Part shown: in pieces, positions 35,242-43,510 of the stretch
Layout of the letters: each line of letters opens with the position of its first letter
Numbering within the stretch: position 1 is the stretch's first letter
Source: a bacterium
Lineage (GTDB): Bacteria > Patescibacteriota > Minisyncoccia > Minisyncoccales > JANBVM01
Direction of reading: 5' to 3'
Assembly (NCBI GenBank): GCA_030588745.1
Contig: JAUUXB010000003.1
Span: forward strand, 9,358 to 73,357
Length of the DNA: 64,000 nt
Program-made: the position numbers and the translations under genes
Notes under the pieces: generated by a model
The model's database searches: none
What the model was told of the DNA's origin: nothing
The model's input: the letters and a program-made list of their open reading frames with translations, nothing else

Positions 35242-35784
35242 TTAAAAAATAACAGTACCAGCAAGTATTTCACCTCTTATTCTATTTGCTTTTATAGTTT
35301 GTTTTGAAAAATCTCCTTTACTCTTTTCGCCAGCAGATATCTCTTGAGTTTTAATATATTTCCCTGCCCAAATAGATTGTCCGGATTCAATCTTTTTTTC
35401 ACACGTAATCCAACTGTAAGCTATAATCGGCCCATCTGCTACTATATATCCAACGGCCGTAATACTGCCCTTTCTAGCTATAATGAATCCTCCGGTTTTA
35501 ATCCAAACGCCTGAATAAACAGACCATCCAGCTATAATAGAACCACTAACTATAATAGAGCCTTCGGCAATAATAAACTGCCGAGATTTAAGCAAGCCAT
35601 TAACAATAATTGATTCGTAAGACCGAATATTTACGGCTATCAGGGGGCCTTTTGATTTAATCTCATCTGCTTCTACATTTCCGTGTACAACACATCCTTT
35701 TTTATTTGAAAAAATTATTTTAGTACCTTTATGATACAGATTCCTATTACACTCTTTTTCTTTAATCTTTATTTCTTTTATAAT
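35242..35784 (-). CDS. Hexapeptide-repeat (beta-helix-like) protein, paralog of 26288-27178, with no canonical start codon
   Basis: The frame is open from the in-frame TGA at 35790-35788 down to 35242. Its N-terminus, IKEIKIKEKECNRNLYHKGTKIIFSNKKG, aligns with KVVKIDKVKNIYGNLFFDGKLVFINKWG of the paralog. The body has six-residue periodicity (FIIAEG SIIVSG SIIAGW ...). The only start candidates near the homologous N-terminus are ATT at 35784 or ATA at 35781, after AAGAGGA. The track calls only the TTG at 35595. Confidence 0.5.
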   Translation of the reverse strand: MIKEIKIKEKECNRNLYHKGTKIIFSNKKGCVVHGNVEADEIKSKGPLIAVNIRSYESIIVNGLLKSRQFIIAEGSIIVSGSIIAGWSVYSGVWIKTGGFIIARKGSITAVGYIVADGPIIAYSWITCEKKIESGQSIWAGKYIKTQEISAGEKSKGDFSKQTIKANRIRGEILAGTVIF

Positions 35785-36020
35785 ACCTCATCCTCTTATA
35801 ATTTTAATATTCTGTTTATATTAAACCAATTATATTTAAAATTGTCAAACAAATTTAAATCGTTCAGTTAAATTGAACTATAATACTTTTAAAAAATAAT
35901 CAATTTCTCAAACTCCAGAGGTACAACAAGTGCCTCTTTTTTATCTCTCATTTCTTTTAATTGATTGTTAAATGATATAAAATGATATAAAATTTAAATA
36001 GGATAAATAATAAAAAATAC

Positions 36021-36443
36021 ATGGCAGAAAAAATTTCTTCTGAACAATATTGGAAATTGTATAAAGGACTTCCCCAACCTCTGCAGGAAGCCCTGTCTTC
36101 AGACGAAACAGCAAATAATATACAAGATATCTGTGAAAAACATGAGATCACAGAGCATGCTTCTGATATTGTGGATCAAATAAGCCGGGTTTTATTGGGA
36201 GTCCTGCCGCCTGATGAATTTCAGGGAGTATTAGAAAAGGAAATAGGGTTGGAGAAAGAAGTGGCTAAAAAAGTGGCTCAGGAAATTAACCGATTTATCT
36301 TTTATCCTGTTAAGAGCAGTTTAGAAGAGCTTTATAGTATGGAGATTACTCCTCCAGCACAAATGAAAATACCAGGACCAGCAACAGAGAAAAAACCAAC
36401 TGCGCCTAAAAGAAAAGATGTTTACAGAGAATCTGTACAATAG
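36021..36443 (+). CDS. Hypothetical soluble helical protein, first gene of the VirB4 sub-operon
   Basis: 140-aa ORF ending directly before the PrgI-like gene. No motif was recognised. Confidence 0.5.
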   Translation: MAEKISSEQYWKLYKGLPQPLQEALSSDETANNIQDICEKHEITEHASDIVDQISRVLLGVLPPDEFQGVLEKEIGLEKEVAKKVAQEINRFIFYPVKSSLEELYSMEITPPAQMKIPGPATEKKPTAPKRKDVYRESVQ

Positions 36444-36445
36444 AC

Positions 36446-36850
36446 ATGCGATTCACTGTCCCCCAATTTATTGAGCATGAGGCAAAAATAGTAGGGCCTT
36501 TAACTTTCAAGCAGTTCATATATGTTGGCATTGGAGCAGCAATCTGTTTTATGCTTTATTTTAGTGTTCCTTTTTCAGTGTTTGTTTTGGCTTGTGTTTT
36601 TATAGGCGGAGCAGCAATAGCTCTGGCTTTTTTAAAAATTGGGGGAAGGTCACTTCCTGGTGTTATTGGAAATTTTTTAAAATTTAAACTTTCACCTAAA
36701 ATGTATCTCTGGAAGAAGAAACAAGGAACAATATCAATACTTAAAAAAGCAGAAAAAAAAGAAGTTGAGAAAGAAGAAACTCCTTTAAAGATTGCTAAAA
36801 AAAGCAAGCTTAAAAGCATTCAAACTGAAATAGAAACAAAAACAAGGTAA
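36446..36850 (+). CDS. PrgI-family (VirB3-like) small membrane protein
   Basis: MRFTVPQFIEHEAKIVGPLTFKQFIYVG followed by two TM helices. This matches the PrgI-family N-terminal pattern as I remember it. Confidence 0.55.
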   Translation: MRFTVPQFIEHEAKIVGPLTFKQFIYVGIGAAICFMLYFSVPFSVFVLACVFIGGAAIALAFLKIGGRSLPGVIGNFLKFKLSPKMYLWKKKQGTISILKKAEKKEVEKEETPLKIAKKSKLKSIQTEIETKTR

Positions 36851-36851
36851 C

Positions 36852-37484
36852 ATGGCACAAACAGCAACACAACAAATCATTGAAATAGATCAGATTAAAG
36901 AAGGGGTGGTTGTTTTAAAAAACAAGGCTTTAAGAGGAGTATTAATGGTCTCCTCGATTAATTTTGCTTTAAAGTCAGAAGACGAGCAAAATGCTATTAT
37001 TTTTCAATTTCAGAACTTTTTAAATTCTTTGGATTTTTCTATTGAAATAGTTATGCAGTCAAAAAAACTAAACATCACAGGATATTTAGAAAAACTAAAA
37101 GAATTAGAAGCAAAGGAAAGAAATGAACTTTTAAAACTCCAGATTGCTGAATATCAGAAATTCATAAGAGAATTGATTAGAGGCGGAGCAATTATGTCAA
37201 AGCAGTTTTTCGTAATAGTGCCTTTCAGCCTTATTGAACTTCATAAATTAACTGCTGAAGAGACAAAACAAAAGACCGCATCTTTAACAGAAGAAAGGTT
37301 TCAAAGAGCAAAAACCCAGCTTTGGCAGAGAATGGAATTCGCTGCTTTAGGATTAAGAAGGTGCGGGCTTCAATCTATTCCTTTAAACACTACTGAATTA
37401 ATTGAGCTTTTCTGGAGCTTATACCATCCAGAAGAAGCTGAAGTTGGTTATTACCCGGAAATACCGCCGGAACTAACCACCTAA
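36852..37484 (+). CDS. T4SS-associated soluble protein resembling the N-terminal region of Gram-positive VirB4-type ATPases
   Basis: IIEIDQIKEGVVVLKNKALRGVLMVSSINFALKSEDEQNAIIFQFQNFLNSL has the style of N-terminal segments of TcpF/Orf16-like ATPases. It is tightly packed between the PrgI-like gene and virB4. Confidence 0.45.
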   Translation: MAQTATQQIIEIDQIKEGVVVLKNKALRGVLMVSSINFALKSEDEQNAIIFQFQNFLNSLDFSIEIVMQSKKLNITGYLEKLKELEAKERNELLKLQIAEYQKFIRELIRGGAIMSKQFFVIVPFSLIELHKLTAEETKQKTASLTEERFQRAKTQLWQRMEFAALGLRRCGLQSIPLNTTELIELFWSLYHPEEAEVGYYPEIPPELTT

Positions 37485-37495
37485 TACCCTACATT

Positions 37496-39277
37496 ATGAA
37501 ATTACCATTTTTAAAAAAGAAAAAAGATGAGATGTCAGCGCAGATTTTTGAATCTCCAACAATAAATATCAAAGACATAATTGCGCCTTCTTCACTTGCT
37601 ACAACCTCAGATTATATAAAACTGGGCAGAAAGTTAGTCAAGTCCTTTTTTATTTTCTCTTATCCAAGATATTTAAGCACAGGCTGGTTTTCCCCAATTA
37701 TTAATATGGACACTCCTATGGACATTGCTATTCACGTCCATCCTGTTGACACTGGAATGGTTTTAAAACAACTAAGGAAGAAAGTTACAGAAGTAGCAGC
37801 TGAACTTGCTGAAAGATCAGAAAAAGGCTTAATTAGAGATCCAACGCTAGAGATTGCTTATCAGGACTTGGAAGGATTAAGAGATAAGCTGCAAACTGCT
37901 CAGGAAAGAATGTTTAGATTCGGTATTTATTTAACAGTGTATGGAGACACTGTTCAGCAATTAAGAGACGTTGAAACTAACTTAAGGTCAATTTTAGAAT
38001 CAAGATTAATTTATGTTAAACCTTCTCTTTATCAACAAAGAGAAGGATTCAACACTACTGCTCCTTATGGACTAGACCAGCTCCAGGTTCACACCTCTAT
38101 GAATACTGGCCCTTTATCTTCAATCTTTCCTTTCGTTTCTTTTGATCTAAGCTCAAATGACGGAATACTTTATGGAATAAACAGACACAATAATTCTTTA
38201 ATTTTGTTTGACAGGTTTAGTCTAGAAAATGCCAACGAAGTTTTATTCGGAAAATCAGGAAGCGGAAAAAGTTATTTTGCGAAAGTGGAAATCTTAAGGT
38301 CTTTAATGACAGGAATTGAAGTTATGATTTTAGATCCTGAAAATGAGTACAAATATTTAGCTGATTCAGTAGGTGGTTCTTTCTTTAATATTTCTTTGGG
38401 TTCACCAAACCACATCAATCCATTTGATTTGCCTGTTCCAAGAGAGGGAGAAAAACCAGAAGACGTTCTGCGCTCAAATGTTATTAATTTAGTTGGGCTT
38501 TTAAGAATTATGCTGAAAGGATTAACTCCTGAAGAAGATGCAATAATTGACCAGGCATTAACTGAAACTTATGCTGCAAAAGACATTACGCCTGAGAGTG
38601 ATTCATCTACCTGGCAAGAAAGAATTCCTCTAATGCAGGATTTTGAAGATGTTTTAAAACAAATGGAGGGAGCAGAATCATTGGTTAGAAGGGTTAGAAA
38701 ATTCACAAAAGGAACGTTTGCCCAATTCTTTAACCAGTCAACAAACATTTCAATGGATAAACCTCTCGTGGTTTTTGGAATAAGAGACATGGAGGATGAA
38801 CTGCGACCAATAGCATTATTTATTATTATGAGATATATCTGGAACAAAGTAAGAACTGAATTGAAAAAAAGGATTTTATTAGTTGATGAGGCATGGTGGA
38901 TAATGCAAAACGAAGATGGCGCATCATTTCTTTATGGAATTTGTAAACGAGGCAGGAAATACTGGCTGGGAGTAACTACAATAACACAGGATGTTAATGA
39001 TTTTATGAAATCTTCCTATGGACAGCCAATTATTACAAATTCATCCTTACAGGTTATAATGAAACAATCGTCAGCAACAATTGACGTAATGCAGAAAATA
39101 TTTAATCTAACAGAAGGAGAAAAATATCTGCTTTTAGAAGCAGAGGTTGGCGAAGGAATATTTTTTGCCGGCCAAAAACATGTTGCTATAAAATCAGTTG
39201 CCTCATACACTGAAGACCAGATTATTACTACTAGTCCTGAAGAAATAGCTAAAATAAAAGAAATTAAAAAGGAATAG
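37496..39277 (+). CDS. virB4: VirB4/TrsE-type type IV secretion ATPase
   Basis: N-terminal IAPSS...YIKLGRKLVKSFFIFSYPRYLSTGWFSPIINMD, Walker A GKSGSGKSYF and Walker B RILLVDEAWW. 593 aa, as in monoderm-type VirB4 homologs. Confidence 0.85.
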   Translation: MKLPFLKKKKDEMSAQIFESPTINIKDIIAPSSLATTSDYIKLGRKLVKSFFIFSYPRYLSTGWFSPIINMDTPMDIAIHVHPVDTGMVLKQLRKKVTEVAAELAERSEKGLIRDPTLEIAYQDLEGLRDKLQTAQERMFRFGIYLTVYGDTVQQLRDVETNLRSILESRLIYVKPSLYQQREGFNTTAPYGLDQLQVHTSMNTGPLSSIFPFVSFDLSSNDGILYGINRHNNSLILFDRFSLENANEVLFGKSGSGKSYFAKVEILRSLMTGIEVMILDPENEYKYLADSVGGSFFNISLGSPNHINPFDLPVPREGEKPEDVLRSNVINLVGLLRIMLKGLTPEEDAIIDQALTETYAAKDITPESDSSTWQERIPLMQDFEDVLKQMEGAESLVRRVRKFTKGTFAQFFNQSTNISMDKPLVVFGIRDMEDELRPIALFIIMRYIWNKVRTELKKRILLVDEAWWIMQNEDGASFLYGICKRGRKYWLGVTTITQDVNDFMKSSYGQPIITNSSLQVIMKQSSATIDVMQKIFNLTEGEKYLLLEAEVGEGIFFAGQKHVAIKSVASYTEDQIITTSPEEIAKIKEIKKE

Positions 39278-39282
39278 CTATT

Positions 39283-39660
39283 ATGGAGGAATCAACTGAA
39301 CAAACTCAAAGTCCCGGGAAAACAAGCTTGTTTAGCCCAGAAGCAATCGTAATGATGACTATAGGAATAACACTTGATTTTCTTAGTATAATTTGTGCTA
39401 TCTTAATTTTAGCTTTTGGAATAGGTCTCATTCTTTCTAAAATCGTTTATGCTATTGGTTTTATAATTGTTATTGCTTGGTCAATGTTCCGAGGTGGAGG
39501 CATCCAACAAGGCAAAGGAAAAATTAAAAAACAAATGTCAAAAGGAATAGATGATTTTTTAAAAAAATATAAAAAAAACTTAGTTGTAAAACTAATTCCT
39601 GCTATTGGAGACGTTCTTCCACTTTGGACATTTACTATTTACACTGAGCTTAAAAGTTAA
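39283..39660 (+). CDS. Small multi-pass membrane protein, unknown function
   Basis: 125-aa ORF with 2-3 hydrophobic helices, located in the T4SS-like operon. Confidence 0.5.
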   Translation: MEESTEQTQSPGKTSLFSPEAIVMMTIGITLDFLSIICAILILAFGIGLILSKIVYAIGFIIVIAWSMFRGGGIQQGKGKIKKQMSKGIDDFLKKYKKNLVVKLIPAIGDVLPLWTFTIYTELKS

Positions 39661-39675
39661 GTATAATGAAATAAG

Positions 39676-40074
39676 ATGTCTATTTTGAAAAATAAAACCA
39701 TATTAACTATTATTTTAGTTTCAGCATTACTACTACCAAATGTTTGTTTTGCTGATTTAAGGCTGAATTTAGAATACCCAGAGTTTGGTGGATATAAATT
39801 GGAAGAAGACACGAACATAAATGAAATAATTGCCTGGTTATATTATTTTATTATTAGCATTTCTGGAATTTCTGCTTTTGCTATGTTAGTGAAAGGAGGC
39901 TTTATGTGGTTAAGCTCAGCTGGAAACCCAAGTGCTCTTGGGGAAGCTAAAGATATAATTACTTCTGCTATTTTAGGCCTTATACTTATACTGGCCTCAT
40001 TTCTCATTTTACAAGTAATAAATCCAGAGCTAACCACTCTTAAGATAGAAGAACTGCAATCTCTTAAAAATTAA
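39676..40074 (+). CDS. T4SS pilin-like protein (VirB2/TrbC-like)
   Basis: Signal peptide, then two TM helices around GGFMWLSSAGNPSALGEAKDIITSA. Size (132 aa) and topology fit VirB2-type pilins. Confidence 0.6.
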   Translation: MSILKNKTILTIILVSALLLPNVCFADLRLNLEYPEFGGYKLEEDTNINEIIAWLYYFIISISGISAFAMLVKGGFMWLSSAGNPSALGEAKDIITSAILGLILILASFLILQVINPELTTLKIEELQSLKN

Positions 40075-40091
40075 TTTGGAGTTGAAAAAAA

Positions 40092-40119
40092 AGAACGTTT
40101 TTGAAAACGTTCTTTTTTC
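40092..40119. terminator. Bidirectional intrinsic terminator between the T4SS-like operon and jag
   Basis: AAAAAAAAGAACGTTTT-tg-AAAACGTTCTTTTTT, with A and T runs on both sides. Confidence 0.7.
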
Positions 40120-40154
40120 AAGTAAATACTGTATTACTAAATACTATATACTAG

Positions 40155-40616
40155 TCATGGATAAGGTCGTACAATAATCTTACGTTCTGGTTCCCTGCCT
40201 ATGCTATCAGTACTTATATCTCTTCTATCTGCTAACTCTACATGAATTATCCTTCTTTCATAAGCTGGCATTGAAGGAAGTATTTTTTCTTCCTTCATTA
40301 AGGCAACATCATCAGCAACTGATTTTGCCAGTTCTTTTAAATATTCAATCTTTTTCTTTTTGTAACCATTTATGTCTAAATCAATGTAGAATTCCTGGTC
40401 AATTTGTTTTCTTAAAATTGCTTTTAATAATCTTTGAATTTCGCCCAATGTTTGGCCTCTTTCACCAATTAGAATCTTAGGTTCATCGGTTTTTAAATTA
40501 ATAGGAATAATCAAGTCTTTTTGAGAAAGAAACTCAATTTCTACATTAAAACTGGTTTTTTGAAAAAACTCATTGGTAATTTGTTTAATTGTTTCTAAAT
40601 TAGCTTGACTCAACAT
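40155..40616 (-). CDS. jag: Jag/KhpB-like RNA-binding protein (KH + R3H)
   Basis: IGERGQTLGEIQRLLKAIL (KH-like) and ERRIIHVELADRRDISTDSIGREPERKIIV (R3H). I prefer the ATG at 40616, because the longer ORF in the track overlaps yidC. Confidence 0.8.
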   Translation of the reverse strand: MLSQANLETIKQITNEFFQKTSFNVEIEFLSQKDLIIPINLKTDEPKILIGERGQTLGEIQRLLKAILRKQIDQEFYIDLDINGYKKKKIEYLKELAKSVADDVALMKEEKILPSMPAYERRIIHVELADRRDISTDSIGREPERKIIVRPYP

Positions 40617-41313
40617 GATTCTTATTAATATTATATTGCTGAAATATTGAGAACAAAGAAGTAACAATCCAGTAAAGAGCAATAGCTGCTGGCAAACGAA
40701 GAAGGATTATAACGGTAAAAAACGGCAGGAAATAAAGCATTTGTTTTTGCATTATATTTGCAATCTGGTTTTTCTGTTCTTTTTTTTGTCTTGGATTCAA
40801 TGTTTTTGCCTGAATAAGCTGAACTGTGCCTGCTAATATTGCTAAAAACATACTGGCCTGGGAAAGATTCATAATTCCCAAAAAACTAGGGTTTATTTGC
40901 CCCAAAGCAGGCATAAAACTATATAAACTATTCATTGCTTCTGGCTTAAGCCCTTTCCAGAAAACCTGATAGAGAGCAATTAAAAGAGGTAATTGAATGA
41001 GCAAAGGTAAAAAACCACTGATTGGATTTACCTTTGCTTCCCTGTAAAGTTTTAATAATTCTTCGGTTTGTTTTTGCTGGTCGTTTTTAAACTTTTTCTG
41101 AATTTCTTTTATTTTTGGTTGAAGCTCTCTAAAAACTTTTTGTGATTTTAATGACTGGCTCATTAAAGGATGAAGTGCTAACCTAATTAGAATTGTTAAA
41201 ACAATTACAGCCACACCAAAATCATTACCAGGCAACCAGTGGTAAAGAAAAGCTAGCGCATTAAATAATGGCTGGTAAAGTACTGTATTGAAAATTTCAA
41301 GCAATATATTCAT
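40600..41313 (-). CDS. yidC: Membrane protein insertase YidC (short, monoderm-type)
   Basis: 237 aa with the conserved 5-TM core, FGVAVIVLTILIRLALHPL and PLLIQLPLLIALY. Located in the rnpA-yidC-jag context. Confidence 0.88.
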   Translation of the reverse strand: MNILLEIFNTVLYQPLFNALAFLYHWLPGNDFGVAVIVLTILIRLALHPLMSQSLKSQKVFRELQPKIKEIQKKFKNDQQKQTEELLKLYREAKVNPISGFLPLLIQLPLLIALYQVFWKGLKPEAMNSLYSFMPALGQINPSFLGIMNLSQASMFLAILAGTVQLIQAKTLNPRQKKEQKNQIANIMQKQMLYFLPFFTVIILLRLPAAIALYWIVTSLFSIFQQYNINKNHVESS

Positions 41314-41315
41314 AT

Positions 41316-41654
41316 TTATAAAATTCCTACTTTTTTAAATAATTTTTCTACTAATTTTTTAGTTTCTTCAAAATCTTTTGTGTCTGAACCAGGCAAAGCA
41401 ATCAACACAACATCAAATCCTTTTTTTATATCTTTAATTCTTGCCCTTATTATTTCCCGTAATCTTCTTTTAACTTTATTGCGTACAACAGCTTTTTTTG
41501 AAACCTTTAAGGAAACAATAAAACCTAAACGAGAGTTTTCCAATCCATTTCTATTAAGTTTCAATGCTATAAAACCTTGTTTTACGCCTTTGCCTAATTT
41601 AAAAACCTTTTCAAAATCCTTTTTCTTTTTTAAGCGGTTTAACTTAGGCAACAT
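41316..41654 (-). CDS. rnpA: Ribonuclease P protein component
   Basis: 112-aa basic protein, RLGFIVSLKVSKKAVVRNKVKRRLRE (RNR-like motif), directly downstream of rpmH. Confidence 0.85.
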   Translation of the reverse strand: MLPKLNRLKKKKDFEKVFKLGKGVKQGFIALKLNRNGLENSRLGFIVSLKVSKKAVVRNKVKRRLREIIRARIKDIKKGFDVVLIALPGSDTKDFEETKKLVEKLFKKVGIL

Positions 41655-41658
41655 CAGT

Positions 41659-41793
41659 CTAAACAGTAAGTTTTTTACGACCCTTTTTCCTTCTTCTTTT
41701 CAAAATCTTTTTACCTGCCTTGGTTCTGTTTCTTTTTAAAAATCCGTGTTTTCTTTTTCTTTTTCTTTTTTTTGGCTTATAAGTAATTGACAT
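41659..41793 (-). CDS. rpmH: 50S ribosomal protein L34
   Basis: Not in the ORF track because it is under 60 aa. The minus strand encodes [44 protein letters not shown], which is canonical L34. Confidence 0.9.
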   Translation of the reverse strand: MSITYKPKKRKRKRKHGFLKRNRTKAGKKILKRRRKKGRKKLTV

Positions 41794-42008
41794 ATTTCAT
41801 TTATATTATCTTTTAAAATGTTAAAAGTCAATATTTTAAGCTGAATCTTTATGTTTATTGAACATAATATTGCTCTTTTTGTCAAGACGAAATCCACAGT
41901 TTTTACCCAGTTTTTACTCATATTTTAAACAAAAGTTGAAATTTTATACTTATTTTACATTCGTTTGACTTATAGTTATAATGACACATTAATCTTATAC
42001 ATATAATT

Positions 42009-43358
42009 ATGACTGACGAAGAACTCTGGCAAGCAGTATTAGCTCAAATCCAACTTCAAATTTCTCCAGCCAGCTTTGCTACTTGGTTTAAAAGCACACA
42101 AATTGTCTCGCAAGAAGAAGGTCGTGTTTTTGTATCTGTCCCTAATTCATTTGCCCGGGAGTGGCTCGAACAAAAATACAATAAAACTATTTTTAAGGTC
42201 TTGCGCGGATTAGATAATAAAATAAAAGGTGTAAAATACGAAGTTGGAAAACTCAAAACAGATACTCTTAAAAAAATTGTTCCTTTTTCCATTGAAAGTG
42301 GACAATTAGAATTTCAAGAGTTCAAAGTTGATAAAAATACAAACCTTAATCCCAGATACACTTTTAATAATTTTATTGTTGGTCCGTTTAATGAATTAGC
42401 TCAGGCAGCTAGTTGGGCAGTAACAAAAAAACCAGGTCAGGTATATAATCCATTGTTTATTTATGGAAGAGTGGGTTTAGGAAAAACCCATTTACTTCAG
42501 GCAATTGGTAATGAGGTAGCTCAAAATTTTAAGGATAAGAAAATCAGATATATACCAACAGGCAAGTTTGTATCTGAGGTAATATCATCAATAAGAAATA
42601 GAGAGACTGAAAAATTAAAATCAAAATACCAAAAGATTGACGTTTTAATAATAGATGATATTCAATTTTTAACAGGAAAAGAAAAGACCCAGGAAGAGTT
42701 CTTTTATACCTTTAATACGCTTTACGAAAAAAACAAACAGATTATTATTTCTTCTGACAGACCACCAAAAGCTATCCCAGCTTTAGCTGAAAGACTGCGG
42801 TCGCGTTTTGAAGGAGGAATGATAACCGATATATCTTTTCCTGACGTAGAGACAAGAATCGCCATATTAAAATCAAAGTGTCAGGAACGGGAAGTTAATA
42901 TTTCAGATGAAATCTTAAACTATATCAGCTTAAAAGTTCAGAGGAATATAAGGGAATTAGAAGGGGCCTTGAACATTTTAATTGCTTATCAAAAACTAAA
43001 TAATAATTCTCCTGATTTAAAAATAGCCAAAACGCTGCTTAAAAATCTGACTTCATCGCCCTCGCGCACTGTTAATGCAAAAAAAATAATTCAAATTGTA
43101 GCTGATTTTTATGATTTAAAAGAAAAAGATTTGATGTCATCCTCAAGAAAAAAAGAAATAGTCAGGCCCAGACAAATTGCTATGTTTTTGTTAAGACAAG
43201 AGTTGAAAGCATCTTTCCCATTTATTGGAAGAAGACTTGGAGGTAAAGACCACACAACAGCTATTTATGCTTATGAAAAAATAATGAAAGAGGTTGATAA
43301 AAACGAAAGTTTAGATGAGGAAATAAGGTTAATAAAACAGCGTCTTTTGTGTGCCTAA
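42009..43358 (+). CDS. dnaA: Chromosomal replication initiator DnaA
   Basis: LNPRYTFNNFIVG, Walker A GRVGLGKTHLL, IIDDIQFL, sensor motifs, and the C-terminal DNA-binding domain (GGKDHTTAIYA). Confidence 0.95.
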   Translation: MTDEELWQAVLAQIQLQISPASFATWFKSTQIVSQEEGRVFVSVPNSFAREWLEQKYNKTIFKVLRGLDNKIKGVKYEVGKLKTDTLKKIVPFSIESGQLEFQEFKVDKNTNLNPRYTFNNFIVGPFNELAQAASWAVTKKPGQVYNPLFIYGRVGLGKTHLLQAIGNEVAQNFKDKKIRYIPTGKFVSEVISSIRNRETEKLKSKYQKIDVLIIDDIQFLTGKEKTQEEFFYTFNTLYEKNKQIIISSDRPPKAIPALAERLRSRFEGGMITDISFPDVETRIAILKSKCQEREVNISDEILNYISLKVQRNIRELEGALNILIAYQKLNNNSPDLKIAKTLLKNLTSSPSRTVNAKKIIQIVADFYDLKEKDLMSSSRKKEIVRPRQIAMFLLRQELKASFPFIGRRLGGKDHTTAIYAYEKIMKEVDKNESLDEEIRLIKQRLLCA

Positions 43359-43510
43359 ACAGTGGAAAAAATCTGTAAAAAACACCTTTAAAAAATTATT
43401 TCAAAAAATCCCCAAACTTTTCTTTATAAAAACCCAAACAAATACACAAGGTTTTCCCCAAATCAAATATGTTTAAAAATAATAATTAATTATTAACACC
43501 AACAACAACA

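Noticed and set aside
40617-40682. The longer 175-aa version of the jag ORF, and likewise the longer track starts at 2692, 13047, 15168, 46654 and 58455.
   Set aside because: The extensions overlap the preceding conserved genes and add non-homologous residues. Internal ATG codons give N-termini that match the family patterns.
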